Both the position numbers and the translations under genes were made by a program. Below are positions 31,801 to 40,233 of a stretch of DNA of 64,000 nt, piece after piece (positions within the stretch are counted from its first letter, which is position 1; each line of letters begins with the position of its first letter). This stretch comes from Patescibacteria group bacterium. Its GTDB lineage: Bacteria; Patescibacteriota; Patescibacteriia; 2-12-FULL-57-11. The DNA lies in NCBI GenBank assembly GCA_004297205.1, contig SCUL01000001.1, positions 29,862-93,861 of the forward strand, written 5' to 3'. The notes under the pieces were generated by a model. It was not told the DNA's origin, searched no databases, and saw nothing but the letters and a program-made list of their open reading frames with translations.

Positions 31801-31884
31801 TTCCTCCTCCATGCAGGTTTTGCCACGCCGTTGCTTCCTCCGTCAACCCTTCCCGGTCGGGTCGTTCCCGCGTATGCTCGGGCC

Positions 31885-33243
31885 ATGAAATACGGCACGC
31901 CGGTCTCCGGCACCATCAGCAGCGTGTCTCCCGAGGGGCCGGGCGTCTTTGAAAAGGACGGCCGCACCTTTGCCGTGCGCTTCGCCGTCCCCGGCGACCA
32001 GGTGGACGGCACCTTCCGTCGGCGTGACAAAAAGACGCTCTTCCTCGACGCGCAGGTCACATCACCTTCCTCGGACCGCGTGACGCCGCGCTGCCCGTTC
32101 GCCGGCCGCTGCGGCGGCTGCGCCTGGCAACAGATGGACTACCCGGCGCAGCTTGAATGGAAACGACGTCTGGTCCACCAGGCGTTGGGCGACCACATCG
32201 GGTCGCCCCTGCCGCCGGTGGAACCGTCGCCGGACATTTTCTACTACCGCAACCGGATGGACTACGTCTTCGGCACCGACGGCACGCTCGGGCTCAAGGA
32301 ACCGGAAAAATGGTGGAGCGTGCTCGACCTCACGGACTGCCATCTGCTCTCGCCGGAGACGCCGCGCATCCTGGCCGAAGTGCGCGTCTGGGCGAAACGG
32401 CACGGGCTGACCTTCTGGAACGGGCGTTCCGGCACCGGACTCTTGCGGTACCTGATGATCCGTGAAGGCAAGCATACCGGTGAACGGCTCCTGAACCTCG
32501 TGACGAGCGCCGAACCGCTGCCGGACGATGCCGCGCATGATCTCGTCGCCCGCCTCTCCCCGCTCGCCACCTCCATCGTCCATGGCGTGCAGCCGAAGAT
32601 CACCGACCTGTCGCTGGCCGAGACGTTCCGCGTGCTCCACGGTTCGCTCGAGCTTCATGAAAAGCTGACGGACCACGCCTTCGCCATCCACCCCAACAGC
32701 TTCTTCCAGACCAACACCAAAGGCGCCGAGCAGATCGTGCACACCCTGCGCGGCATCTTCGGCGCGGACCGCACGGAGCAGGCGTTGCTCGACTTGTACT
32801 GCGGCGTGGGCGCGCTCGGCATCAATCTCGCCGACCGCTTCAAAACGGTGCGCGGCATCGAAGTCGACGCCGACGCCATCGCGCTGGCGCAGAAGAACGC
32901 CGCGGCGAACGACATCGGCAACGCGACGTTCGAGGCCGCCAAAGTCGAAGACGTGGTGACGCGTCCCGGTGCGGCGCTGGCCGAACAGATGAGCACGAGC
33001 GACGCCGTCATCCTGGATCCGCCGCGCGCCGGACTGCATCCGCGCGTCGTCAAAACGCTCGTCGCCTCCGGTCCGGCGGACGCCGTCTACGTCTCCTGCA
33101 ACTACCGGATGTTGGCCCGCGAGCTGCCGGAGATCCTCACCGCCTACCGCATCGCCTCGATCCGGCTCGTCGACCTGTTCCCCCACACCCCGCACGTCGA
33201 GACGGTGGTACACTTGCAACGAACGTCGAAACGTGGTACCTGA
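31885..33243 (+). CDS. rlmD: 23S rRNA (uracil-C5)-methyltransferase RlmD/RumA family (TRAM + 4Fe-4S + SAM MTase)
   Basis: Start MKYGTPVSGTI (TRAM). Cys cluster CPFAGRCGGCAWQ. DLYCGVGALG SAM motif. C-terminal ...DLFPHTPHVE. Confidence 0.85.
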   Translation: MKYGTPVSGTISSVSPEGPGVFEKDGRTFAVRFAVPGDQVDGTFRRRDKKTLFLDAQVTSPSSDRVTPRCPFAGRCGGCAWQQMDYPAQLEWKRRLVHQALGDHIGSPLPPVEPSPDIFYYRNRMDYVFGTDGTLGLKEPEKWWSVLDLTDCHLLSPETPRILAEVRVWAKRHGLTFWNGRSGTGLLRYLMIREGKHTGERLLNLVTSAEPLPDDAAHDLVARLSPLATSIVHGVQPKITDLSLAETFRVLHGSLELHEKLTDHAFAIHPNSFFQTNTKGAEQIVHTLRGIFGADRTEQALLDLYCGVGALGINLADRFKTVRGIEVDADAIALAQKNAAANDIGNATFEAAKVEDVVTRPGAALAEQMSTSDAVILDPPRAGLHPRVVKTLVASGPADAVYVSCNYRMLARELPEILTAYRIASIRLVDLFPHTPHVETVVHLQRTSKRGT

Positions 33244-33248
33244 CCCGC

Positions 33249-34133
33249 ATGACTCCCTCCCCCGAACTCAAGAAATCCGGCTTCGCCGTCCTCATCGGAC
33301 GTTCCAATGTCGGCAAGTCGACGCTCTTGAACGCGCTCGTCGGCACCAAAGTCGCCATCACGAGCCCCAAACCGCAGACCACCCGCCAGGCCATCCAAGG
33401 CATCGTCCATGATCCGCGCGGGCAGATCGTCTTCGTCGACACGCCGGGCGTTTTTGAAAAGGCGCGCGATCCGCTCACCAAGCACCTCAACGCCGCGGCG
33501 CGCGAGGCGCTGCAGGGCGTCGACCTGGTCATCTACGTGGCCGATCCGACGCGCGAAATCGGCAACGAAGAGCACATCGTGCTCCGCCTTCTGGAAGGCG
33601 TGACCGCGCCGAAAATCCTGGCCATCAACAAAACGGACCTGCGCAACCTGCCGTTCATCGAGGAGTACAAGGCGCTGGCCGACCGTTTCGACCGCGTCGT
33701 GGAAATTTCCGCGCTCCACCAGGTCAACCTGAAGCCGCTCATCGACGCCGCCATCGAACTGCTCCCCGCGGGCGAACCGTTTTATCCGCTCTACCAGTTT
33801 TCGAACATCGACCACCGCTTCTGGCTCTCCGAGCTGATCCGCGAGAAACTGTTCATCCAGCTGCAGCAGGAACTCCCCTACTCCACGGCCGTCGAAATCG
33901 ACGAGGTCGAGGACCGCGAAACGAACGAAGGAAAAAAGATCCGCTACATCAAGGCGCGGATCCTGACCAACGGCCAGCAGTACAAGCGCATGATCATCGG
34001 CGCCGGCGGCCGCAAGATCAAGGAAATCGGCTGGGCGACGCGCAAGGAACTGGAGCAGATTCTGGACACGCGCGTCTTCCTGGAGCTCGAAGTCGAGGTC
34101 GACCCGGACTGGATGCTGCGGATGGGCGCCTGA
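33249..34133 (+). CDS. era: GTPase Era
   Basis: GFAVLIGRSNVGKSTLLN (G1), DTPG (G3), NKTD (G4) and a C-terminal KH domain. Confidence 0.92.
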   Translation: MTPSPELKKSGFAVLIGRSNVGKSTLLNALVGTKVAITSPKPQTTRQAIQGIVHDPRGQIVFVDTPGVFEKARDPLTKHLNAAAREALQGVDLVIYVADPTREIGNEEHIVLRLLEGVTAPKILAINKTDLRNLPFIEEYKALADRFDRVVEISALHQVNLKPLIDAAIELLPAGEPFYPLYQFSNIDHRFWLSELIREKLFIQLQQELPYSTAVEIDEVEDRETNEGKKIRYIKARILTNGQQYKRMIIGAGGRKIKEIGWATRKELEQILDTRVFLELEVEVDPDWMLRMGA

Positions 34134-34149
34134 GGTATACTGGGCGGGT

Positions 34150-34893
34150 ATGCCCAAGCCCAAAAAACCCTCGCCCGAACGTTTCCATGGCGACCTGGCC
34201 CGCATCTGCCGCAACCTCGTGACGGAAGAATACGGCGAACGGCCGCTCGATTTCCGCAAGGAATTCTCCTGGCGCATCTTCCGCATCATGTCGGAATTCG
34301 TGGAGGGCTTCGAGTTCCTCTACGACCTGCGCCGCGAAGTCTCGTTTTTCGGATCGGCGCGCTTCAAAGAGACGAACTACCACTACAAGGAAGCGCAGGA
34401 ACTTGCCCGGATGCTGGCCAAGGAAGGGTTCACCATGATCACCGGCGGCGGTCCGGGCATCATGGAGGCGGCCAACCGCGGCGCCGTGGAAGGCAAGGGA
34501 TTGTCCGTGGGGCTGAACATCCAGCTGCCGAACGAACAGCGCGTCAATCCATGGGTGCGCCGTTCCATGGCCTTCCACTACTTCTTCACCCGCAAGGTGA
34601 TGTTGTCGATCAGCGCCCAGGCGTACGTCTTCTTCCCGGGCGGGTTCGGCACGTTGGACGAATTTTTCGAACTGGTGACGCTGGTGCAGACCAAGAAGGT
34701 CGAACCGATCAAGATCATCTGCGTCGGCAAGGATTATTGGCAGACCCTCGACACCTGGATCGCCAAACACGTCGAGCACGAGCACCATGCCATCAACCCG
34801 CAGGACCGCAAGATCTACACCATCGTCAGCGACATCCACGAAGCCTTCGCCATCCTCAAAAAGACGAAAGAGAAGAAATACGGTAACTCCTGA
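34150..34893 (+). CDS. LOG family protein (TIGR00730; cytokinin riboside 5'-monophosphate phosphoribohydrolase-like)
   Basis: TGGGPGIMEAANRGA and PGGFGTLDE are LOG signature motifs. Confidence 0.85.
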   Translation: MPKPKKPSPERFHGDLARICRNLVTEEYGERPLDFRKEFSWRIFRIMSEFVEGFEFLYDLRREVSFFGSARFKETNYHYKEAQELARMLAKEGFTMITGGGPGIMEAANRGAVEGKGLSVGLNIQLPNEQRVNPWVRRSMAFHYFFTRKVMLSISAQAYVFFPGGFGTLDEFFELVTLVQTKKVEPIKIICVGKDYWQTLDTWIAKHVEHEHHAINPQDRKIYTIVSDIHEAFAILKKTKEKKYGNS

Positions 34894-34895
34894 GT

Positions 34896-35183
34896 ATGGA
34901 AACCTCCCGGAAGTTCGAGATGGAACAGACGCCGCCCTGGGTCGCGGAAGGGCTGGCCAAGGTCGCGCGCTGGCTCGAAGCCGATGCCGTGACCTACGAC
35001 CGCGCCTCCGATGCCGAGGCGGCCGAGCAAAAACGTGAACATGCCGAAGCCATCATCGGCCTGGCCAAGGGCAACGGCTCGGACGACCTGCGCAAACAAG
35101 CCATCGAATTCCTCAAAGCCTCGCGGGTGCCGAACTGGGAGAACATCATCGAATATTTGAAAGGGATGGATTTCCACGAATAA
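34896..35183 (+). CDS. Hypothetical small acidic protein (95 aa)
   Basis: ATG start 2 nt after the LOG stop, an open frame, and no family recognised. Confidence 0.45.
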   Translation: METSRKFEMEQTPPWVAEGLAKVARWLEADAVTYDRASDAEAAEQKREHAEAIIGLAKGNGSDDLRKQAIEFLKASRVPNWENIIEYLKGMDFHE

Positions 35184-35216
35184 GAAAACTCCCCCGGCCG
35201 GGGGAGTTTTCTTTTG
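35183..35216. terminator. Bidirectional intrinsic terminator between convergent genes
   Basis: AAAACTCCCCC-GGCC-GGGGGAGTTTTCTTTT: an 11-bp stem flanked by an A-run and a T-run. Confidence 0.6.
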
Positions 35217-35229
35217 CGCGCAGGGCGCA

Positions 35230-36111
35230 TCAAGAGTTGGTGTTGGACGCGTCGTCGTCGTCGTTTTCATCCTCGACGTCGCCGCGGTTGACGTTCGCGT
35301 TGGTCGTCGTGCGGGTCGCGCGCAGGGCTTCGAGCGCGGCCTTGCGCGTCGTGCGTGCGGTCTCCACAGCCGTCTTCAGCGTTTCGCGCGCGGACAGGGT
35401 GGACGCTTTGTACGCGGACTGCGCGTCGGACAACGCGGCGCGGTAGGTCTTGTTGGCGGATTCCACCGCGGCGACGTACGCGGTGCGGGCGGCGGCGACG
35501 TCCGACTTCAGCTTCTGCTGCGCGGCGGACAACGCGGCGCGGTCCGTGGTGTTGCAGATGGAAGACTTGAACGCGGCGACGGCGCTGTCGACGGCGGCCT
35601 TGCGCGTACTGAGTGCGCTGTCCATCGCCGCACGGCGGACCGCATGCGCTGCATCAACCGCGGCACGCCGGATTTCGAGCTGTCCGCTGACGGCGCTGCG
35701 ATGCGCGGCCTTGGCGGCTTCAACGCCCGCAGCGAACGCGTCGTTGATGGCCTTCACGTCCGCATTGCCGGAAAACTTCTCGTCGGCCTTGGCCTTGCGC
35801 TCCGCGATTTTGGCATCCACCTCGCCGCGGCGCTCTTCGAGTTTCGTGTCACGCGCGGCGCGCTGCTTGGCCAAGCGGGAGTCGATTTCTCCCCGCTTGT
35901 CACTGAGCTTCTTTGAGGTGTCGGCGCGGCGGGCATCGAGCCTTGCTTCCTGGGCGGCGATCCGCTCAACCAACTGGGCGTAGCGCGGATTCGTGCAGAA
36001 ACCCGCCGCGGAGGGCGTCGTCGTCCCTGTTTCCTGAGCGGATACCAGGTTCGCGGTCAGCAGCTGTGCCGCAAGTCCGAGCGCGACTGCCGAGACGATG
36101 GGTCGTTTCAT
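35230..36111 (-). CDS. Secreted Ala/Arg/Lys-rich alpha-helical repeat protein
   Basis: Signal peptide MKRPIVSAVALGLAAQLLTANLVSAQ, repeated AA...RKAAVD-like helical heptads, acidic C-terminal tail. Confidence 0.55.
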   Translation of the reverse strand: MKRPIVSAVALGLAAQLLTANLVSAQETGTTTPSAAGFCTNPRYAQLVERIAAQEARLDARRADTSKKLSDKRGEIDSRLAKQRAARDTKLEERRGEVDAKIAERKAKADEKFSGNADVKAINDAFAAGVEAAKAAHRSAVSGQLEIRRAAVDAAHAVRRAAMDSALSTRKAAVDSAVAAFKSSICNTTDRAALSAAQQKLKSDVAAARTAYVAAVESANKTYRAALSDAQSAYKASTLSARETLKTAVETARTTRKAALEALRATRTTTNANVNRGDVEDENDDDDASNTNS

Positions 36112-36164
36112 AGGCATGGGGATGAATGATGTCCGTAAGAATATACCATGTTGCCAGCCTTCCG

Positions 36165-37187
36165 TTACAGACGGTCCGAGCGCTCGACGCTCTTGCCGAT
36201 GAGGACGAATCCCAAAAACACCGCGATGTACGGGAGATGGCCGGTCAAGTCAGAGACCGGCAGGAAGATCGCGCTGACGCAAAACAGCAGCGCCAGGAAC
36301 GCGGCGAGCGGACGCAGCAGCCAGCCAGTCAGGAGCAAGCAGGCGATGACGATCTCGACCGCGGCGATCATGAACAGATAGAGGTTTTCCGAGAGCGCCG
36401 GCCAAATTGTGGAACGGAGGATGACCAGCGGATTCCAGGCGGCATGGGCCGCGATCAACGCCAGGTGCAGCTCCGGATGCCACAGCTTGTCGATGCCGCC
36501 CCAGAGCAACGCCAAGCCCGTGACGATGCGCAGGACCGACAACGCCACCGGCTTCATGTGCGCCGTGTCCATGGCGAACACGATGCGCGAGAAGACCGCG
36601 CCGAGCGCCAGCCGCCCGCGGCCCCAGACGAACAGGAAGAAACCGACGCCGAGGAAGAACAGGTTTTCGACGGCCGGAACGCCGTGCAGGGCGAAACTCC
36701 AGACGACGAGCACGATCAGGCCGCCGGCGGCGACCCGCGCGAACAGGCCGAGGACCAACAGCGCCGCGATGACCAGCTGGGCGATGACGAGCGCGGTGCC
36801 GCTGGACGTGTCCGGCAGCGCCAGATGCGGCGCCAGCAGCGTGCGGCCGAGCGCGGACACCGCCAGGACGACCGCCGTGGCCAGGCCGACCGCCAGCGGC
36901 ACGAACGGGGCGGTGCGTGCCAACGACACGGACGCGCCGCGGCCGAACTGCAGGCGGCGCAACCATCCGTCGACGATCCGCGCGGCCACGAGGACGAGGA
37001 GCGCGGCGACGATGGCAATCGGGATGTGCCAGCCGAAACTGCGGAAAAAGGCCGGCGTCTCCCCGACCGCGCCGCCGACGAACCAGCGTTCATGGGCGCG
37101 TGCAACAACGGGAAACGCAAACGCGGCCGCCGTAGCGACCGCCGTCCCCCATCGGCGCAGACGCGCGCGCTGGAGCATACGTGTCAT
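36165..37187 (-). CDS. Polytopic membrane protein with C-terminal DoxX-like domain
   Basis: ...VALSVLRIVTGLALLWGGIDKLWHPE... is DoxX-like. At least 8 predicted TM helices. Start ambiguous (MTRM or MLQR). Confidence 0.5.
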   Translation of the reverse strand: MTRMLQRARLRRWGTAVATAAAFAFPVVARAHERWFVGGAVGETPAFFRSFGWHIPIAIVAALLVLVAARIVDGWLRRLQFGRGASVSLARTAPFVPLAVGLATAVVLAVSALGRTLLAPHLALPDTSSGTALVIAQLVIAALLVLGLFARVAAGGLIVLVVWSFALHGVPAVENLFFLGVGFFLFVWGRGRLALGAVFSRIVFAMDTAHMKPVALSVLRIVTGLALLWGGIDKLWHPELHLALIAAHAAWNPLVILRSTIWPALSENLYLFMIAAVEIVIACLLLTGWLLRPLAAFLALLFCVSAIFLPVSDLTGHLPYIAVFLGFVLIGKSVERSDRL

Positions 37188-37444
37188 TTCTTTGCCGCCC
37201 ACTTCTTAAGCTCTTCGTACGAGACTTCGCCACAGATGCTCTCTCCGGTTTCCGTATTGAAGAAAAACGGCACGCCGCCGCAGATCCCCTTGTCGTAGTC
37301 CTGCATCCTCTGCTGGTTGACATCGTCATGCCAGACTTCGTAACTCTCGACCGCAACGCCGGTTTCCTTCTTCAACCGTTCAATAAGCGGCTTCATGCGC
37401 GTGCAGTGCGGACATTCGCGGCCGTAGAATTCAAGGAGGGGCAT
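37184..37444 (-). CDS. Thioredoxin-fold small protein (CPHC active site)
   Basis: MPLLEFYGRECPHCTRMKPLIERL... is a Trx/Grx-like CxxC protein of 86 aa. Overlaps the start of the DoxX-like gene. Confidence 0.75.
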   Translation of the reverse strand: MPLLEFYGRECPHCTRMKPLIERLKKETGVAVESYEVWHDDVNQQRMQDYDKGICGGVPFFFNTETGESICGEVSYEELKKWAAKK

Positions 37445-37486
37445 AGAAAGGGTGATGCCGCCATCATAGCATCGGCGCGGAAAACC

Positions 37487-37515
37487 AAAAACCCCGCCGT
37501 GAGGCGGGGTTTTTG
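37487..37515. terminator. Bidirectional intrinsic terminator
   Basis: AAAACCCCGCC-GTGA-GGCGGGGTTTTT. Confidence 0.6.
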
Positions 37516-37524
37516 GGCCCTTCG

Positions 37525-37875
37525 TTAGAAGGAGCGTCCCTGCCGGCGGTTGCGGTTGCAATCGCGGCAGTAGACCGGACGGTCGCTGGACGGCTGGAAC
37601 GGGAGTTCCGTCACGTCCGCGCCGCAGGAGGCGCATTTGAGGCCCATTGCGGCCACGTCGACCATCGGCCGGGGCGCGCCGCGGTCGGCGCCGCCCATTG
37701 CCGGGCGGTCGGACTGCTTGCGGTTGCGGTTGCAATCGCGGCAGTAGACCGGGCGGTCCGACGTCGGCTGGAACGGGAGCTCAGTGATCGCCGCTCCGCA
37801 ACCGGCGCATTTGAGGCCCATTGCAGACACGTCGACCATCTGGCGCGCTCCGAAGCTGTTGTTGTCGTAAGCCAT
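37525..37875 (-). CDS. Tandem double zinc-ribbon protein (2 x CxxC-x18-CxxC)
   Basis: Two roughly 50-aa repeats: MVDV(S/A)AMGLKCA(G/S)CGA(A/D)(I/V)TELPFQP(T/S)SDRPVYCRDCNRNR. Confidence 0.65.
   Translation of the reverse strand: MAYDNNSFGARQMVDVSAMGLKCAGCGAAITELPFQPTSDRPVYCRDCNRNRKQSDRPAMGGADRGAPRPMVDVAAMGLKCASCGADVTELPFQPSSDRPVYCRDCNRNRRQGRSF
37541..37840. repeat. Intragenic tandem direct repeat (2 units of about 150 bp, roughly 85-90% identical)
   Basis: ctgc(c/t)(g/t)gcggttgcggttgcaatcgcggcagtagaccgg(a/g)cggtc... appears twice in tandem. Confidence 0.6.
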
Positions 37876-37931
37876 GTTATTGGTGCTACGGTGGTGAATG
37901 ATTCGACCTTTCGCGGACCGTGCACCGTTCT

Positions 37932-37946
37932 CTATCGAATCGATAG
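37932..37946. promoter_or_regulatory. Perfect palindrome CTATCGA-A-TCGATAG, candidate operator upstream of the Zn-ribbon gene
   Basis: 7-bp perfect inverted arms with 1-nt spacer, about 57 nt upstream of the start at 37875. Confidence 0.35.
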
Positions 37947-38014
37947 CTGGTTTGACACGTCTCGCACGCCGAACAAGATATCACATTCCCAGAGGAATGT
38001 CAACCCTTCTGAAA

Positions 38015-38043
38015 GTATAAAAAGAGGACGCTTTTAGGCGTCC
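38015..38043 (-). terminator. Intrinsic terminator after 38069..39220 gene
   Basis: Minus transcript reads GGACGCC-UAAAA-GCGUCC followed by UCUUUUU. Confidence 0.55.
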
Positions 38044-38068
38044 CTCCGCGGGGTTCCGCGGAGACCGG

Positions 38069-39220
38069 TCAGCGCGAGCGCCGACCGGTCGTCTGGCCGC
38101 CGCGCTGCGACGGCAGCGGCGGGGGCGACTTGCCGCCACCGGACGGGGGCGACACCGGCACGGCGCCGACCGTGGTCCTGACGTCGTCCTCGTCGAGCTC
38201 GAGCGGCCCGTCGCCGTCGGGCTTCTTCTCCTTGTCCTTCTCGGCCTGCCCGCGCAGCAGGTCTTCGAGGGCGGCGTCGTCCTCGTCCGGATCCGACGCG
38301 GCACCGTCGCCCTTGCCGATCTCGACGATCGGCTCGTCGCTGTCGCCGTCGGGCTTCTTCGCCGGCGGCGGTGTCGTCGGCACCTTCTCGTCGTCGTCCG
38401 GATCACCGGTCGGGGCGAGCGTGGTCGACGCCGGAGGCGACGCGGGCTCCGCCGGAGGCTCGGGCTTCTTGACGAAGCCGAACGTCTGCGCAGCGGCCCG
38501 GATCGGCCGCATCAGCAGCGGGATCGGGAGGTGCTCCGACAGCACGTCCGTGCTGGCGACGAGCGCCATCACGTCGACGCTGAACGCCACACCCTGCGGC
38601 AGCGGACTCGCATCCGGCGCGCCCTTGCCGTCGTTCACCCCGCGCGCCGTGCGGATGATCTCGACGAGCACCTCCTTCGGCAGGTACTCGACGTAGGCCT
38701 CGATGCCGATCGCGTCCTCGATCGCGTGGAGCGTGCGCGTCGGACCCCCCCCGAGCTCGAACTCCTTGAACGCGGTGAGGCACGCGCGGACGAGCGTCCG
38801 GTGCTCGGGCGTGTCCTTCTCGTCCCACTTCTTGTCCTCGAGGAGCCCCCAGAGCTTGTCGGGCTCGAAGATGCGGACGAGCTCCTGCGCCGTGATGTAG
38901 CGGTAGATCGCGTCCTTCCCGAGCTCCTGCGCCGCGACCGCCGCCTCCAGGAGCTGCGTAGCGACCGCGCTGCCGAGCGTCTTGGCCGTGGCGCGGCCGA
39001 TGGCGCTGAAGCAGCCGCAGACCACGTCCGCGATGCGCTCGTCCTCCTGCGCCGCCGCGTACCGCTCGAAGACCAGCTTCGGCGGGAACGCCGCGTAGAG
39101 GTCGCTCCCCGTGATGTCCCCCGAGGCCTTGGCCTCGGGGATGACGCTCACGAGGAACTTCTTCCCGTTGTCGAAGAGCTTCTCGTAGTCGGGAAGCTTC
39201 ACTCCCCTGGTATCCACCAT
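38069..39220 (-). CDS. Hypothetical protein: about 270-aa folded N-domain plus about 110-aa acidic/Pro-rich disordered tail
   Basis: Start MVDTRGVKLPDYEKLF preceded by ACGGAGGACGAC. Tail rich in PDGD, PEPPAEP and DPDEDD. Confidence 0.6.
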   Translation of the reverse strand: MVDTRGVKLPDYEKLFDNGKKFLVSVIPEAKASGDITGSDLYAAFPPKLVFERYAAAQEDERIADVVCGCFSAIGRATAKTLGSAVATQLLEAAVAAQELGKDAIYRYITAQELVRIFEPDKLWGLLEDKKWDEKDTPEHRTLVRACLTAFKEFELGGGPTRTLHAIEDAIGIEAYVEYLPKEVLVEIIRTARGVNDGKGAPDASPLPQGVAFSVDVMALVASTDVLSEHLPIPLLMRPIRAAAQTFGFVKKPEPPAEPASPPASTTLAPTGDPDDDEKVPTTPPPAKKPDGDSDEPIVEIGKGDGAASDPDEDDAALEDLLRGQAEKDKEKKPDGDGPLELDEDDVRTTVGAVPVSPPSGGGKSPPPLPSQRGGQTTGRRSR

Positions 39221-39289
39221 GTCGTCCTCCGTTTCTCCCGTCGTGGGGTGCCGACACCCTTTCAAACCTGAAGGTTTCTGTCAATCCCT

Positions 39290-40180
39290 TTATGGCAGCT
39301 TGATCCGGCCCCGCTCCATGCTGATCAAACCATCAGCAGCCAGCCCGGTCAGCGCTTTCACGACGCGCAGTTCGGTGATGCCGCGGTCGCGTTGTTGCAG
39401 CGAGGTGAGCAGCGCCGGCACGGCCAGGCTCGGCCGCTCGCGCAGCAGCATCAGGACGAGTCCGCGCACGTAGCGTTGCGACTCCTTGAACGGCACGACT
39501 TTCTTCCTCCGCGACGCGGTGATCTCCATCCCCTTCCGCTCGATGGCCGGCCGCGCTTTGCAGACGGTAGCGAGCGGACAAGAGACGCACGCCGGACGCT
39601 TCGCGGTACAGACCGCGGAACCGAAATCCATGATCGCCTGATTCCAGTCGTAGCTGCCGCGCGGCACCAATGCATCGGCCGCGTCCTGCAACGCCGCATC
39701 GTCCTTGGCCGCCCTCCCCCACTCCGGCCCGAAGACGACGCGCTGCACCCAGCGACGCACGTTCACGTCGAGCACCGACAGCCGTGCGCCGAAAGCGAAC
39801 ACGGCGAGCGCGCGGCTGGTGTACGGGCCCACGCCGGGCAACTCTTGCAGCCCGTCGACATCTTTCGGCCAACCGCCACGCGCCACGACGGCTTGGGCCG
39901 TCTTCTGCAGAAACAACGCCCTGCGGTTGTAGCCGAGTCCTCCCCACAGACGGATGACATCCGCCGCAGACGCGCCGGCCAGCGCCTCGACCGTGGGAAA
40001 CCGTTCCAGGAACCGTTCGTAAAAAGGAATGACACGGTCGACCTGCGTCTGCTGGAGCATGACTTCGGACACCAGGATGCGGTACGGATCCGTCTCGCCG
40101 CGCCACGGCAGCATGCGGCCGTGGCGGCGGTACCAGGCAAGCACTCTTTTGGCGATGATCGGGCGATCTGGCGGCGGCAT
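39290..40180 (-). CDS. mutY: HhH-GPD DNA glycosylase, MutY-like (4Fe-4S)
   Basis: LVSEVMLQQTQV, LPGVGPYT (HhH-GPD) and CTAKRPACVSCPLATVC (FCL 4Fe-4S loop). 296 aa, no obvious NUDIX domain. Confidence 0.85.
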   Translation of the reverse strand: MPPPDRPIIAKRVLAWYRRHGRMLPWRGETDPYRILVSEVMLQQTQVDRVIPFYERFLERFPTVEALAGASAADVIRLWGGLGYNRRALFLQKTAQAVVARGGWPKDVDGLQELPGVGPYTSRALAVFAFGARLSVLDVNVRRWVQRVVFGPEWGRAAKDDAALQDAADALVPRGSYDWNQAIMDFGSAVCTAKRPACVSCPLATVCKARPAIERKGMEITASRRKKVVPFKESQRYVRGLVLMLLRERPSLAVPALLTSLQQRDRGITELRVVKALTGLAADGLISMERGRIKLP

Positions 40181-40198
40181 GACGATACCCTACCACCA

Positions 40199-40227
40199 TT
40201 GACGGGACGCCGAAAATCCGCTAGCTT
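40199..40227 (+). promoter_or_regulatory. Sigma70-like promoter for cellulose-synthase-like GT2 gene (leaderless or near-leaderless)
   Basis: TTGACG - 17 nt - TAGCTT, with the -10 ending 6 nt before the ATG at 40234 and no Shine-Dalgarno. Confidence 0.45.
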
Positions 40228-40233
40228 CGCCCC

